Assembly: GCA_002437945.1 (NCBI GenBank)
Contig: DJSB01000033.1
Location: 16,796 to 80,795 of the forward strand
Reading direction: 5' to 3'
Length of the DNA stretch: 64,000 bases
From: Christensenella sp. UBA6345
GTDB lineage: Bacteria; Bacillota; Clostridia; Christensenellales; UBA1242
Shown here piece by piece: positions 1-12,600 of this stretch. The stretch's first letter is position 1, and every line of letters begins with the position of its first letter. Both the position numbers and the translations under genes were made by a program. The notes beneath the pieces are model-generated. The model was not told where the DNA came from. It worked only from the letters and a program-made list of their open reading frames with translations, and did no database searches.

Positions 1-229
1 GAACTTTGCTTGCTGGTAACATACTAACTTTTCTAGTTTGGGGATTATAACTTCTTCTTGCCATTCTATGCTTTACTTCAAATTTACCAAAACCAACAAG
101 GTTAATATTGTCTCCATTCTTAAGTGATTTTTGAATTATTTGAGTTATAGCATTAAGGCAGTTGTTACAATCTTTTTGTGTCATTTTACTCTTTTTTGAT
201 ATTTCTTTTACAAATTCAGTTTTATTCAT
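1..229 (-). CDS. hup: HU-family DNA-binding protein (C-terminus cut by the window edge)
   Basis: Minus-strand ORF absent from the ORF track because it is truncated. The translation MNKTEFVKEISKKSKMTQKDCNNCLNAITQIIQKSLKNGDNINLVGFGKFEVKHRMARRSYNPQTRKV carries the HU signature GFGKFEV..R.AR..RNPQT. A GGAG RBS lies upstream of the ATG at 229. Confidence 0.8.
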   Translation of the reverse strand, partial: MNKTEFVKEISKKSKMTQKDCNNCLNAITQIIQKSLKNGDNINLVGFGKFEVKHRMARRSYNPQTRKVSMLPASKV

Positions 230-351
230 AAAAATTCTCCTTTTTACTAATTATTGTACAAGTGTAGAATTTTTAAACAGTTATTAACATTATTTGTTAT
301 AAGATAAAAATATTAAATGTATTATAGTAACTTTTATAAATATTATAATTA

Positions 352-1953
352 TCAATTTTTTACATATTTAGCATTAACAATTTTCTTACGCCTAAAATAT
401 TTTAATTCAGCATAATTAAAACTTCTAAACGCAAATATTAATGCAAAGTAAATTAATGTACCTACACCACCCGATATTAGCGTATACACAAAAACATTTA
501 ATCCGCTTAATAATATTTTTAAGAAATACATTGACACACCAGCAACTATAGCACTAGCAATGGGAGAAACAATAAGTTTTGTAAATGAATAATTAAGTTG
601 AACATATAACTTGATATATTTTAAATTAATTAATGTAGCCATACTTAAAAATATTAAATTACTTATCGCTACACCAAAAATATTTAATTTGGGATTAGAT
701 ACAAATAAAAATATAGATATTTCCCTAACAATTAATGAAATTATAAGGCTGATAAACGGAACAATAGGACGATTAATGCTTTGTAATATAGACGTAAATG
801 TCTGCAAAAATGCATAATAAATAATAGACACCGAACTTATCATAAGCAGTTTATAAGCAAAAGTATACTCATCAATAACTATATCTGTAAGTCCTTTTTG
901 ATATAGAATAGATATAATATCTGGTGCAAAAATTAAAAATACAATAAAGAAAAATAAAGAAATAATCCATGTAATTTTAATAAAAAATGATGTTTTAAAG
1001 ATTACTTCTTTTTCATTGTTTTGTGCGTACAAACCACTTAAGTTGGGTACTATTGCTGTTGCCAATGCTCCACAGAGTAGCACTGGAAGATTAATCAATG
1101 CACTAACTATACCATTACTTATGCCATATAAATTAGTTGCCTGTAAACTAGAAAATCCGGATTTAGTTAATATATTAATAATTAAAAAACTATCTAAAAA
1201 AGTAGTAATAGGTATCACTATTGCACTTAATGTCGCTGGATATGCATATGACACTATTTTTTTGAACGTTTGTGCATATGTTAAATTGGGCGTTTTTGGA
1301 GTTTCAATTTTATATACCACTTTTCTTTTGTATGATACATAATTAATCATTATAAATATAAATGCAAAAAATTCGGATATAGTCACACCCAAAATAGCAC
1401 CAAAAACAGCAAATATTACACCTTTACGCATAAAATAATTGGCCAAAATTAAACCTGATACAAGTTTAACTGCTTGTTCAGCTATGTTATTAAGTAACGT
1501 AGGAACCATATTTTCTTGACCTTGAAAATACCCCCTAATTACCGAAATTAATGATGCGCATATAATTGATGGTGCAATAGCAATGTACCCTACTTTTGCA
1601 TTAGCATTGCCTTGTAAAATAGCAATATTCTCACTAAAAGCAATTAATACACAAGTAAATATTACACTTAATGCAAAAACAAATATTAAAGATGTTTTGA
1701 AAATCATTAGTTCGTTGTGTTTGTTATTATTGATTCGTTCGGTACTTACAAGTCTAGATACAGCAATACTTGTACCAGAACTTATGAGAACAAGCAACAA
1801 ACTATATAATGGAAAAACTAAATAGTATAATCCCATACCATTACTACCTAAAATATTGGTGAGTGGTATCTTGTATAATGCACCTACAAGTTTAGCAATT
1901 ATCCCACCCAATGCAAGGACTAATGCTCCTACCAAAACCGATTGTCTTTTCAT
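352..1953 (-). CDS. MOP-superfamily flippase, SpoVB/YabM/MurJ-like
   Basis: Polytopic membrane protein of ~530 aa with the general look of SpoVB/MurJ exporters. The start is moved to MKRQSVLVG (ATG 1953), which abuts the spoVT stop. B. subtilis has the same spoVT-yabM adjacency. Confidence 0.7.
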   Translation of the reverse strand: MKRQSVLVGALVLALGGIIAKLVGALYKIPLTNILGSNGMGLYYLVFPLYSLLLVLISSGTSIAVSRLVSTERINNNKHNELMIFKTSLIFVFALSVIFTCVLIAFSENIAILQGNANAKVGYIAIAPSIICASLISVIRGYFQGQENMVPTLLNNIAEQAVKLVSGLILANYFMRKGVIFAVFGAILGVTISEFFAFIFIMINYVSYKRKVVYKIETPKTPNLTYAQTFKKIVSYAYPATLSAIVIPITTFLDSFLIINILTKSGFSSLQATNLYGISNGIVSALINLPVLLCGALATAIVPNLSGLYAQNNEKEVIFKTSFFIKITWIISLFFFIVFLIFAPDIISILYQKGLTDIVIDEYTFAYKLLMISSVSIIYYAFLQTFTSILQSINRPIVPFISLIISLIVREISIFLFVSNPKLNIFGVAISNLIFLSMATLINLKYIKLYVQLNYSFTKLIVSPIASAIVAGVSMYFLKILLSGLNVFVYTLISGGVGTLIYFALIFAFRSFNYAELKYFRRKKIVNAKYVKN

Positions 1954-1954
1954 A

Positions 1955-2503
1955 TTATTCCACTTGCTTTGCCATAAAGCATGCAATAGTTTGTAATGTC
2001 TTTACGTCCGCCATAGTATAATTAACACTTTCTATTGTATTAGTAAATGCCACAATCCCACCAACAATGTCCGAATTAGCCAATATTGGTACAATTATTT
2101 GACTATAATATGTATTATCATCATCTACAAACAAATCCAACATTTTTGCGCCATCTGAATGATTGTATAGATAACTTTTTCTATCTTCAAGTATTTCTTC
2201 CAATTGAGAACTTACTTGTCTATTAAGATAATTTTTAACTTTATGACTTGTCGCAATAACATTATCTTTATCCAGTACAATAATATTGTAACCCAATATA
2301 TCTGATACTACATCACAAAATGTTTGTGCAAATTCGGTTATGTCTACAATAGGTGAATATTTGGTAAGTGTTAATTCACCAAATTTATTTATGTATATTT
2401 GAACTGGAGTTCCTTCTTTTAGTCTTAAACTTCTACGTATTTCCTTGGGAATAACAATCCTACCCAATTCATCTATTCTTCTCACAATCCCCGTGTCTTT
2501 CAT
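1955..2503 (-). CDS. spoVT: Stage V sporulation regulator SpoVT (AbrB-type N-domain)
   Basis: MKDTGIVRRIDELGRIVIPKEIRRSLRLKEGTPVQIY closely matches the B. subtilis SpoVT N-terminus. The product from ATG 2503 is 182 aa, preceded by a GGGGG RBS. The first 12 codons of the ORF-track entry are probably not translated. Confidence 0.85.
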   Translation of the reverse strand: MKDTGIVRRIDELGRIVIPKEIRRSLRLKEGTPVQIYINKFGELTLTKYSPIVDITEFAQTFCDVVSDILGYNIIVLDKDNVIATSHKVKNYLNRQVSSQLEEILEDRKSYLYNHSDGAKMLDLFVDDDNTYYSQIIVPILANSDIVGGIVAFTNTIESVNYTMADVKTLQTIACFMAKQVE

Positions 2504-2568
2504 TATAATCCCCCACTTAAAGAATATATTGTATACCAATATTATTTGAAATATCGCAATTAATATAC

Positions 2569-2600
2569 AAAAAAAGCACTTAAATATAAGTGCTTTTTTA
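2569..2600 (-). terminator. Rho-independent terminator (bidirectional shape) after the DUF975 gene
   Basis: AAGCACTTA/TAAGTGCTT stem flanked by an A-run and a T-run. Confidence 0.7.
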
Positions 2601-2628
2601 TAATTTAATTGTTTAAACTAAAACACAA

Positions 2629-3546
2629 TTATTCTTTTGTGATCTTTTTAGTTGTAGGCTTTTTAGCAGTAGTTTTCTTTGCAGTTTTAGGTTTTTCTTC
2701 AACCTTTTCTTCTGCTTTTTCTTCAACCACTTCTTCTTTTGGCTCTGCTTCAACTTCTGTGTTTTCTTTTACTTCTTCTACTTTAGGTTCAGTTGTTTCT
2801 ACAACTTTTTCTGTAGATTCAGTTGTTTCAGCATTTACAGTTTTTTCAGTTTTTAATTGATAATCACTATAATCTACTTTACTTACTACTTCTTCATAGA
2901 ACATACAGTTAGCAGAATAGAAATACATAGTAATAATTGCAAATAATATAATAACTGCAAGAACTAATACAATAGTTAATACAACACCTAAAGCAAGATG
3001 TGATGCATATAGTCCACTAATAAATAATGCACATATTGCAGCAACTGCAGCAACTAAAACATAGAACAAATAGAATACAACTTTATATGCAAATAATGCA
3101 GTCTTGTTACCATTCATCTGTCTAGCAGTAACATTAAGTGTATCAGTAACATTACTGATTCTCTCTTCGTTAAGTACAAATAAACTCATTGAATAATAAC
3201 CAATCATTAACACGCCCGGAACAATGAACAATACTAATCCTAGTAATGTACCTACCGCCATAATGATACCTAGCATAATTGCAGGGAAATATTCTGGTTG
3301 AACGAAAAGAACTTTAAAACTTGGATTATTACCCTTTAATGTTTGTTGCATAAAGTTAAGATAACCTAATGTTAAATAGCCAAATAATGCAACTGAAATT
3401 GCCCAACCAGCATAAGGAATCAAACAGAATAAAACTAGTGGTGCAATATAAATTAATGAAGCAAGGAATACTCTTCCCCATGCACCTTTTAATTTTGATG
3501 CTGAAATCCTAATTAGGTCAAGCCCATTTTTGCTTTGATTTTCCAT
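2629..3546 (-). CDS. DUF975-like integral membrane protein with an acidic/lysine-rich C-terminal tail
   Basis: The N-terminus (ENQSKNGLDLIRISASKLKGAWGRVFLASLIYIAP) and multi-TM layout resemble DUF975 family proteins. The C-terminal ~80 aa are an E/K/T/V low-complexity tail. The start is set at ATG 3546, behind a GGGGG RBS. Confidence 0.55.
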   Translation of the reverse strand: MENQSKNGLDLIRISASKLKGAWGRVFLASLIYIAPLVLFCLIPYAGWAISVALFGYLTLGYLNFMQQTLKGNNPSFKVLFVQPEYFPAIMLGIIMAVGTLLGLVLFIVPGVLMIGYYSMSLFVLNEERISNVTDTLNVTARQMNGNKTALFAYKVVFYLFYVLVAAVAAICALFISGLYASHLALGVVLTIVLVLAVIILFAIITMYFYSANCMFYEEVVSKVDYSDYQLKTEKTVNAETTESTEKVVETTEPKVEEVKENTEVEAEPKEEVVEEKAEEKVEEKPKTAKKTTAKKPTTKKITKE

Positions 3547-3633
3547 AAAATAGACCCCCATTTATTATTATAATTATTATATAACAATTACAAAAATATT
3601 CAAACTATTTTTAGTATTATAAAGCAATTTATA

Positions 3634-3664
3634 GTTAAGATGTGGCGATTTACCACATCTTAAC
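3634..3664 (-). terminator. 12-bp perfect hairpin downstream of the giant gene (terminator-like, weak T tail)
   Basis: GTTAAGATGTGG / CCACATCTTAAC stem 29 nt after the stop codon. No strong U-run follows on either strand. Confidence 0.4.
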
Positions 3665-3692
3665 CAAAATGCTTATGTATTTTATTACAAAT

Positions 3693-6600
3693 TTAACTAT
3701 TATATGTTAACGTGAAAGTTACAGTTGTAACATAGTTAGGATCACTAGTTCCAGTATAAACATAGCCATTTTCTGCTTTGTAATAAACATGGGCTTTGAA
3801 ACTAATCAAATGTAAATCATGAACTAAACTATTAAATCCAGAAATATCACAAGAAATTGTTGAGATAAATCCGGCATTAGTTTGAATTTCACTAAATACT
3901 ATAGTATTTTCTACATCAGTAGTACTTGTATCTTTATCTGCATACAAGCCATCTGATATAGGCTTAAATACAATATTTGTATTGCCAGTAACGGTTATTC
4001 TATCATCACCAGTTAGGTTAATTGTAAATTTATTGTCTACAACATTAGCAGAATAACTATCTTTAATATTGCTTACACCAGCATTCTTTACTAGTTTTAC
4101 ACTAAATTCTCTAATTAATGTATAACTAATAGCAGGATCTGTTTTTGATATAACAACAAGTTTAGCGGTATAATCCAAAATTATATCATTAAGTACTTGA
4201 TTACCCTTAACAACATATTTATATGTTGAAGAATCAATGCTATAGTATTGACTTTCAACCGCACCTATAGTTCTTAAATCAATTATGTCATTAGAATATG
4301 AGCCATTATTTTTCATATCCTTATTAACCATAATCACATATAGTGGGTCTTCTACAGAACTTTCTGTCTGCAATCTAGAATATTCTTCATAGCCCATTAC
4401 TGTACTATCAGAAAGTACCACATATGAAGGGTCTATTATAGTCGAATCATTTTGTTTTAATTCACTATATTTAACATAAGTTAATGCAAAACTTTCTTCA
4501 TATTTTAGTACTGTTCCATTGTTAAGAACAACACCTTCTAGTTGTATATCAACACCATCTTTTGTTAATTTAATATATTTTGAATAGTCAATTCCAGAAT
4601 TATTTTCGTATAAATATAGTTTAGTATTATATTCACTACTACTAAACGCGTTAGTAAATAGCAAGTTATCCATAGTTGTATCGCCAAAATTGTTGGTTAA
4701 GTTAACACTAATAACACTACTAGAAGTATTTGGATTGTACGATACTTTATTTTCATATAATCCAAATTCAGGATCATATGACGAAGTTAATACAGTCCCT
4801 TCTGAAGATATTGCTTTTGTAGATTCTTCTAATTGCCAATTATCAGAATCCTTTCCAACAATAACTTTGATATTAAATGCAGTAGTAATACTTCTATATA
4901 ATTGTTTACAATCAGGTACAATTTTTACAACAAATCTATAACTACCAGTATTATATTGAGCAGATTGAATCCATTGATTTACAATTGCTTTTTCTTCTTC
5001 ACTAATATTTGTTGAAACATCAGAAGAAGATACACTTTCAACTGTAATATTGGCATTATCAACTTGTATAGGAGTAGTAAGTGAAGCATTTTTATCTACA
5101 AAGAACACTTCCATAACATTATCTGTTATTGTTGCTCTAACCGAAAGAATAATAGGAACAAGTTTAATAGTATAGTTTTGAGTAATAGAACCTACTGACA
5201 CTCTTAAAGTAAATTCATACTTACTAGCATCATAAGTTTCAAGAGCATAACATGGGTCAATAATTAATTTACCTTCTTTTATTGATACATATTTACTTGA
5301 TGTTAACAATTCATATTGAAGTTGTACACCGTCAAGTATGTAATAATAATAAATGTCGTTGCCCTTTTGAATAGAAATTACATTCTTATCATTTAAATAT
5401 TCAGCCTTATTTAATGATTGTGAATCATCTCTCATAGTTCCTAATTGATATCCATAAGTAAACAATCCATCATATGAAGTTGAACTAGTTTTAGTAAAAT
5501 CTAGTACAATTTGATTATTGGCTGTATCATAAACAATACCATTATTGTTAGTTACATCAAAACCTTTTGGAGTAACTATAATAGTACCGCCATTACCTAT
5601 CGCAAAGTTCTTTTGGTCTGTATTAGGAATATAGTAGTTACCAGAGAATTGGTATCTAATATAAACAACTTGAGAAGCATTTACACCCGGTAATTTAACT
5701 GTTATTTTTGCAAGTAATGTATTATTATTAGAGATTGTTGGTGGTATGAAATAAATAGTACTATTATCATCACTTAAGTAATAATAATTGCTTGCATTTT
5801 CTACAGATTTGAAGTTGTTATATTCAACTTGACCATTCTTGGTATCACCTAAAGAAATCTCTACAGTGTATTGAATACCTTTAACAAGTTGAGGTTTTAG
5901 TAATGTGTTACTAGTAATCCAATCTTTTGTATTACCCATATCACTACCATTGCCAGTAAAGTATCCTAGGTTAAATAGGTCAATAATTTTAACTCCATTA
6001 GGAGCAGTTAGTCCATTACCAAAATTACCTATATCACTAACATTTTTAATGTTATCAATATTAAAACTTGAACCTGAACTAATATTATCGGTATTAAATA
6101 ATTGTGCAAAATATTCAGTTAAATCAATTGAATTTTCTGGTTTGTTTGGTGTTGGAGTACTACCATTTACATTATATTCAATAGAAGATAATCCAGGTAA
6201 AATTTTGATTTTAATCTTGTTATTTGGATTATAATAATCAACACCTTCATACAGTCTATTATTACTATCTTCCATATTAACTAATCCGCTACGTTTACCT
6301 GTTAAGTCATAGTAATAAGGAATTTCTATTGTTGTGGCTTCTGGCACACTTTTTAGAATTATACAATCAATTGTACCAGCACTAGTAACAATAGATTGAT
6401 ATTGATAATATAACTCTTCTTCTCCGCCTGCTTTAGTATTTAATAATACATTAGCCATATTGCTATAACTTCCACTAGCATTGGTTTGTTGACCTTGTGA
6501 CAAAGCAGTATATCCATTTTCGATTAACTTTAATCCACTTGTAGTATCTATTTCTATTACCGAACCAGCATATGCTGTAAATTCATTTACTACAGTGTTA

Positions 6601-9600
6601 TTATTATCATACTTAAATCCATCATTAGAAATATTAGGATTAATAACTAAATTAATAATTTCTTCATATGGATCAGCACTATCATTTCCCCAATCAGCAT
6701 AATAATTAGCGAATATCTTTGTAGATTGGTTAATTGCTTTTACAGTTACGTTAAATTGTCCTTTATCAACGTTAGTAGTAATAATTTCACTATTTTGTTT
6801 TGTATTACTTGAGTTAAGTTCATATGCATAGCCACGTACAGTAACATGCTTACTTCCTGTATCACTATAATTAAGTGCAGTACCACTATAATCTGTAGGA
6901 TCAATAATTTTATCACCTTCTCTACCATAGCCATTTAATGTTATGGTTCGATAGCCAATAGTATTTTCTTGAGCAGATGCAGAAGTCAAATTGTATGCAC
7001 TACCACCCTTACCCAAATAGTTACTATGTAAATCAATATCAGGAACTAAATTAATAGTATAAGTATAATAATAATTTTCGCCATTATAAGATTTTCTTAC
7101 ATAGAATGTTAATTTATATACCGAACCTACATTATTAGATTTTAATGTTACACTATCATTTGTAGTATCAAAAATTAAATTTAATTTTCTACTTTTATTA
7201 ACATACCTATATAATTTTGTATCAGAATCCTGTTCGTAAAGTACGGTATTAATGTCAATGTTATATGTACTATAACTATCAGTTTTTGGATCATCAATAC
7301 TATAAGTTTTTGCTACTGTTTTTACTTCATTGCCATCTAATACTTTTTCAGAATAAGCAATTTCTTTAATACCAACTTTAATGTCTGACATATTCTCGTT
7401 CGCTAATTGTAGCCATGCAGAACTATCAGAGTGACTTAAAATTGTTGTTTCATTGCCAGAAACGATACGATCAACATTTTCATTAACAGTAATCCTTAAG
7501 TCAGGGAATACTTTAATTTTTAATGTACTATAACTTTCTCCACTAACATGTTGGTTTGTCCATATTCTAAATGAAACTAGAACACCTTTTTCTTCACTGG
7601 TATCATCAAATTTAACATTCAATTGATTGCCTGTATTATAGATTATCTCATTATTAGAAGAAACTCTATAACTGCTTCTATTATCTAAAACAGTCAATCC
7701 TAAATTATCAGTATTGTTATATTTGAATACATATTTAAGTCCATCAATGTTATCGTCACTTAAACTTACATAGTCTAATAAATTGTAAGTATTATTACCA
7801 TATACTTCAATCACTTCACTAGGAGTATTAACTGATACAGTTGGTAAGTTTTTATAAATTTCAAAATTATAATCAATATATGCACCATTAAATAATGTTG
7901 CTCTAACAACTAAAGAATCAGTTGTTTTTTCTGGTGCTTTTGTTATTACTAATGTTCTATTGTTTTCAATAGTACCAAATTCAGAGCCTGTAATAATACT
8001 AAAGGTAATATATTTTCCATTAGTTATATCAACTAACTTTGTAATATCCAAGTCTTCGTTATTTTCGTCTTTATATGTTAATTGATATTGTGTAGAACTT
8101 CCGTCTACTTTAGTAATTGTAACTAATGAATTTCCAATATATGTTTGGATTCTGTTATTGTCATTAATATAGTTACTTAATAAATCCACTCTAGAATTAT
8201 TCATTACTTTTTCAGAAGAATCTACTAATGGATAATTAGTTACTAATTTATAGTTAGGTTTAAGAATAAACGCATATTCATATGGAGCATTAACTGGGTT
8301 AATCTCGGTATCAATTAATAACTTATATCTTACATCGTCATTAACCGAATTCTTTATTCTTAATACCAACTTTTGTAATGAACCATCTTTATTCTTTGTA
8401 ATTATAATCTCACAATTATCATCATCGGTTACAGAGAAATATCCATCGCCATCATATCTTGTTAAAACATATTGATTAAACAATTGTCCCAATAGTTCGT
8501 TATTATCAACACCACGCAATGAGATTATATTATCTAATGGAGAAGTACTATCAAACAAAGTTATATCATAATTACCTAATTCAATTATGCCATCATAGCC
8601 ACTCTCGCCGATTTTTCTATCACAATTGTAATTCTGGAAATACTGTATTTTACTTTCTTCATTAAAATACTCATTTTCATAAGCGTTAATATGATATTCT
8701 ACACTAGCACTTACATTAACATATATAGTACTACTATTTTTATCTCCAGCAATATAGTCATCAGATGCTACACTGTTGAATTTAACTACAATAGGTATAT
8801 TTAAGTTGCTAGAAATACTACGAGTACGCATAATACCACTCTTTATAGCAGTATCAGCATCTCCTGGGAACAATGCTGTATAGTTTTTATCATCAGTAGG
8901 ATAATCATATTGCATTGTTACTAATTTACCAATTACTTTAACAGTATCTTCTATAGATAAGGTTTCATTGGTTGTTTTATTTTTAATCTTAATGAAACTA
9001 TCTACTATATTACCATTACCACCACTAAATTTAGTTTCATCTTGATATGTTTCATTTTTAAAGAAATTATAATCCAAACCAGATGATAATTTTAATGGAG
9101 TAGAAGTTTTATCTTTAATAGCAGTATTAAGAGTTAATTCATAACCTGGTTCTACCACCATAGCAATAACTGTATTATCTATTTTTTCTATAACTTCTTC
9201 TTTATATCTTAAAATGATTTGTTCATTACCATCTGAATCAGTGGTTTTTACTTCATAAGGTATATAATATTTCAATTTCAAATTTACAGGTTTGCTATTT
9301 AATACTTCCCTTGGTTTAATTTCTGTAGTTAATTTAACAGTTTTTGGATAAGTAGTAGTATCATTTTCATCGTGTGTAAACTCGTTAGGGTCATATACAT
9401 TAATGGTTTCTACGTCATCAACCAACATATCTGCAAATCCACTAGTAGAAGCATCTATTTCAAAACTTGTTTTTAAGTCAATAGTTTCTTTTGTAACAGT
9501 ACCATCGCCATTATCTGTTTGTTTTGCTTGTTTAACTGTAATAATTTTACTTAAATCTATCACACCTTCATGTTCACTTGTAGTAGATGTTACTATATTA

Positions 9601-12600
9601 CCAGCAGGTTTATCAATAGTTACCGAACTCTTTACATTAATATAATAGAATCCTTGAGTGTCGCCAAATGGAGAAGTAATAGTAATCTTAACTCTAGTAT
9701 CTGCGGTTAAGTACGATGCTTGTACTCTTAATTTACCATTAATAGTTTGAGTCTTTTTAGCACTTAATAAATTACCATCTGCACCTATAAATGATAGTGC
9801 ATTAACATTATCAATTTCGTATGTACAATATGCTTGAATTTCATCATAACCTGCCAATGTAGCAGTGATTCGCTTTGTAGTAGTAATATTATTAGGAGCA
9901 TTAGCAGTTTCATAGGTTTTAGCAATATCATTGTAAATATAATAATTGCTATTATTACCATCTTTTAGTTTGAATTCTTCAAATAAATCAATTGGTGTAC
10001 CAGCAGTTAATTCTTGAATATTTTCATTGTTACTATTGTTAAGTACATAACCTTTAGTGCTTTCATTGATATTTACTTCAGAATAAGAACTAAATACAAC
10101 ATCATTTTGATATAGAACTATTACGGTAGAAAGTGTATGTTTATATATAAAACCAGAATTGGTTTTGTATACACCAAGAGTACAAGTTGCTCTTAATTTA
10201 ACACCATCTTTAGTACCTTTAATAGGTTTTAATACACCCGCAATTAAAGTTCCGTCATTAACTGACGAATTGGTTACAACATCCAAATAATCAGTTGGTT
10301 TATCCGTAGGACTAGGTGGATTACCTTCAAAGTCCACTGTCCAATTAATAGAAATCAATTCTGTATCAAGAGATCGTTTATCTGTAAATGGTTTTAAATA
10401 ATTTTGGATATATTCAGCATTTCTATAAGCCTTATCAATTTTTGCATTAAATTGATTATCGTCAACACCTTTTTGTATATCAAAATCATAGTTAACATTA
10501 ATATAGAATTGATTATCTGAATATCTTCCATTTTCGAATTGTTCTTTCCATATAATAGTATGTGACTGACCACCCACTTCTAGTGATCCTACTCTAGGAG
10601 CAATCTTGTGTTCTGGAGTATTAACTTCAGTTTCTAGCACGAATGAATCAATTGCAGCGTAGTTAACTATCATATTTACTGAAGAACGGCTTGAGTTGAA
10701 TACAGAAGTAAGTTCGCTATTAGAACTAGCAATTGCTTTTAAGTCAAAGCCGACTGGAGTATAGTTGGCAGGAGCAGATTTATTAACTTTAGCAGTAACC
10801 CCCAAGTCAAACCATACTTTTTCTTCCATATAACTAATTTTTAAACTAATATCTGTAGAATTAGCCACAAATGAATTAGGAGTAATTTGTAATCCAGATT
10901 GAGCAAGTTTCATGGCTTCGGTTAAATTGGTTTTATAATCAATAACAGTACCATTAACATAATTCTTATTACCAGCATCAAAAGTTCCGCTAGTATTTAA
11001 GTAGAATGGTGTAGCAACCATCTTATACTCTTCACCTGCTAACAATTGAATAGTGTCAGTAGTAGAAGCATCGCCTGTATCACTTACGTTACGCAATGTA
11101 TATTGTTCTTCGCCATCTATTGTGTTAACAGTATAGAAATTTAGTTTTTCTAGATGAGTATAAATATTGATTGATATTTTGTTGGATTGTGCGGCTATTT
11201 GATATACTCCGTTATAGCCTTCTTCCCCTTCACTAACACCATTAACATCAATAGGTCTGCCTAAATAGTCTGTTTTGACAACAGCGGCAAACACTTCAAG
11301 TGAATCCCCATTAGTACTGTTAATCGCTTCTAGTGTACATTTTCCGCCAACATAATAATCTATCTCGTAAGCATTAATCTTGGTAGTATTATATGGCATT
11401 TGTTTTAGAATTGGAGTACCGCCATCAGCACAAAGTTTAACTTTAAAGAAACTGGTATCTGTAGCACCATCTTTAGTTTTTGCACTAGTATCTGTAACAA
11501 AGAACTTAACTAAAGTATATGTAGGAGTTTTTCCATCAGGTCCTGTTAACTCGTATCTTGTAGAATCTAACTCTTGTCTATAACTACGTCCGCCAACATT
11601 AGTGGTATTAGTAATCATAGTAGTATCAAGAGCATTTTGTGGATTGGTTTGAGAAGTAAACAATCTTAAATCTGAAACAATAACTTCAGTTGCTTCTACA
11701 CCAATATCTACAAATTTATCGCCTGGTGTATAATAATCTAATTCAGTTTTTACTTTTGACGAAGGTATATAGAAACGTAATCTATAATTACCTTTTAATC
11801 TATCTTCATTAGAAATAGGATTAATACATCTTATTTTCCATACTGGATTATCTATAGATGTAGGATTTTCAATTTCAAATATATTAGATAAATCAAAATC
11901 AAAAGTACTTGTACTTGTTTCACTCTTATTCTTGATAGGTAAAATACGAATTTCGTTAAGTCTATATTTTAAATTTTCTGGTGTGAAATCTTCTTGATTG
12001 GTAGGAATTAATGATAATCCAAAAGTACTCTGTAATTCATTTACATTATATTGATTCAAATCACCATGTGGTTCAAATTCAACTTTTGAAGTAACTGTCG
12101 ACTTAACTTCTTTAATATCTATCTCTTCAATATTGAAAATAGATTTACTTTCAACATACATATAGAAGTATGCAGCATTCTTTTGTGCACTAATTGTATC
12201 ATTAATCTTGATATAATTTTCTCCAGCCGAATTAGTCTGTGTAATTGCGGTAATGAACGCTGCACCATTTTCATACTCTAATGTGCCATTAATAGTATTA
12301 TAGTAAGGACGAGTATCTGCTTTAATATAATCTTGATATTCTGAAATATAATTGCTTAAATCAGTATAATACTCTTCACGTTTAAAATTGTTTTCAGCAT
12401 CATAATATTTTGTATCATTTTCATCTACGTACTCATCTTGCATTGAGTATGTACGTAATGCTTTAGCAGAAATTATTACTGGTGCTCTAGCACTTGTTAC
12501 TGCTTTGGCTGTATATTCAATAAATTTATGTTTGCTTAATCTTTTACCATGGCAAGTAGAACCTAAATAATTACCATTGGCATCTTTGAATGGTCCTTTG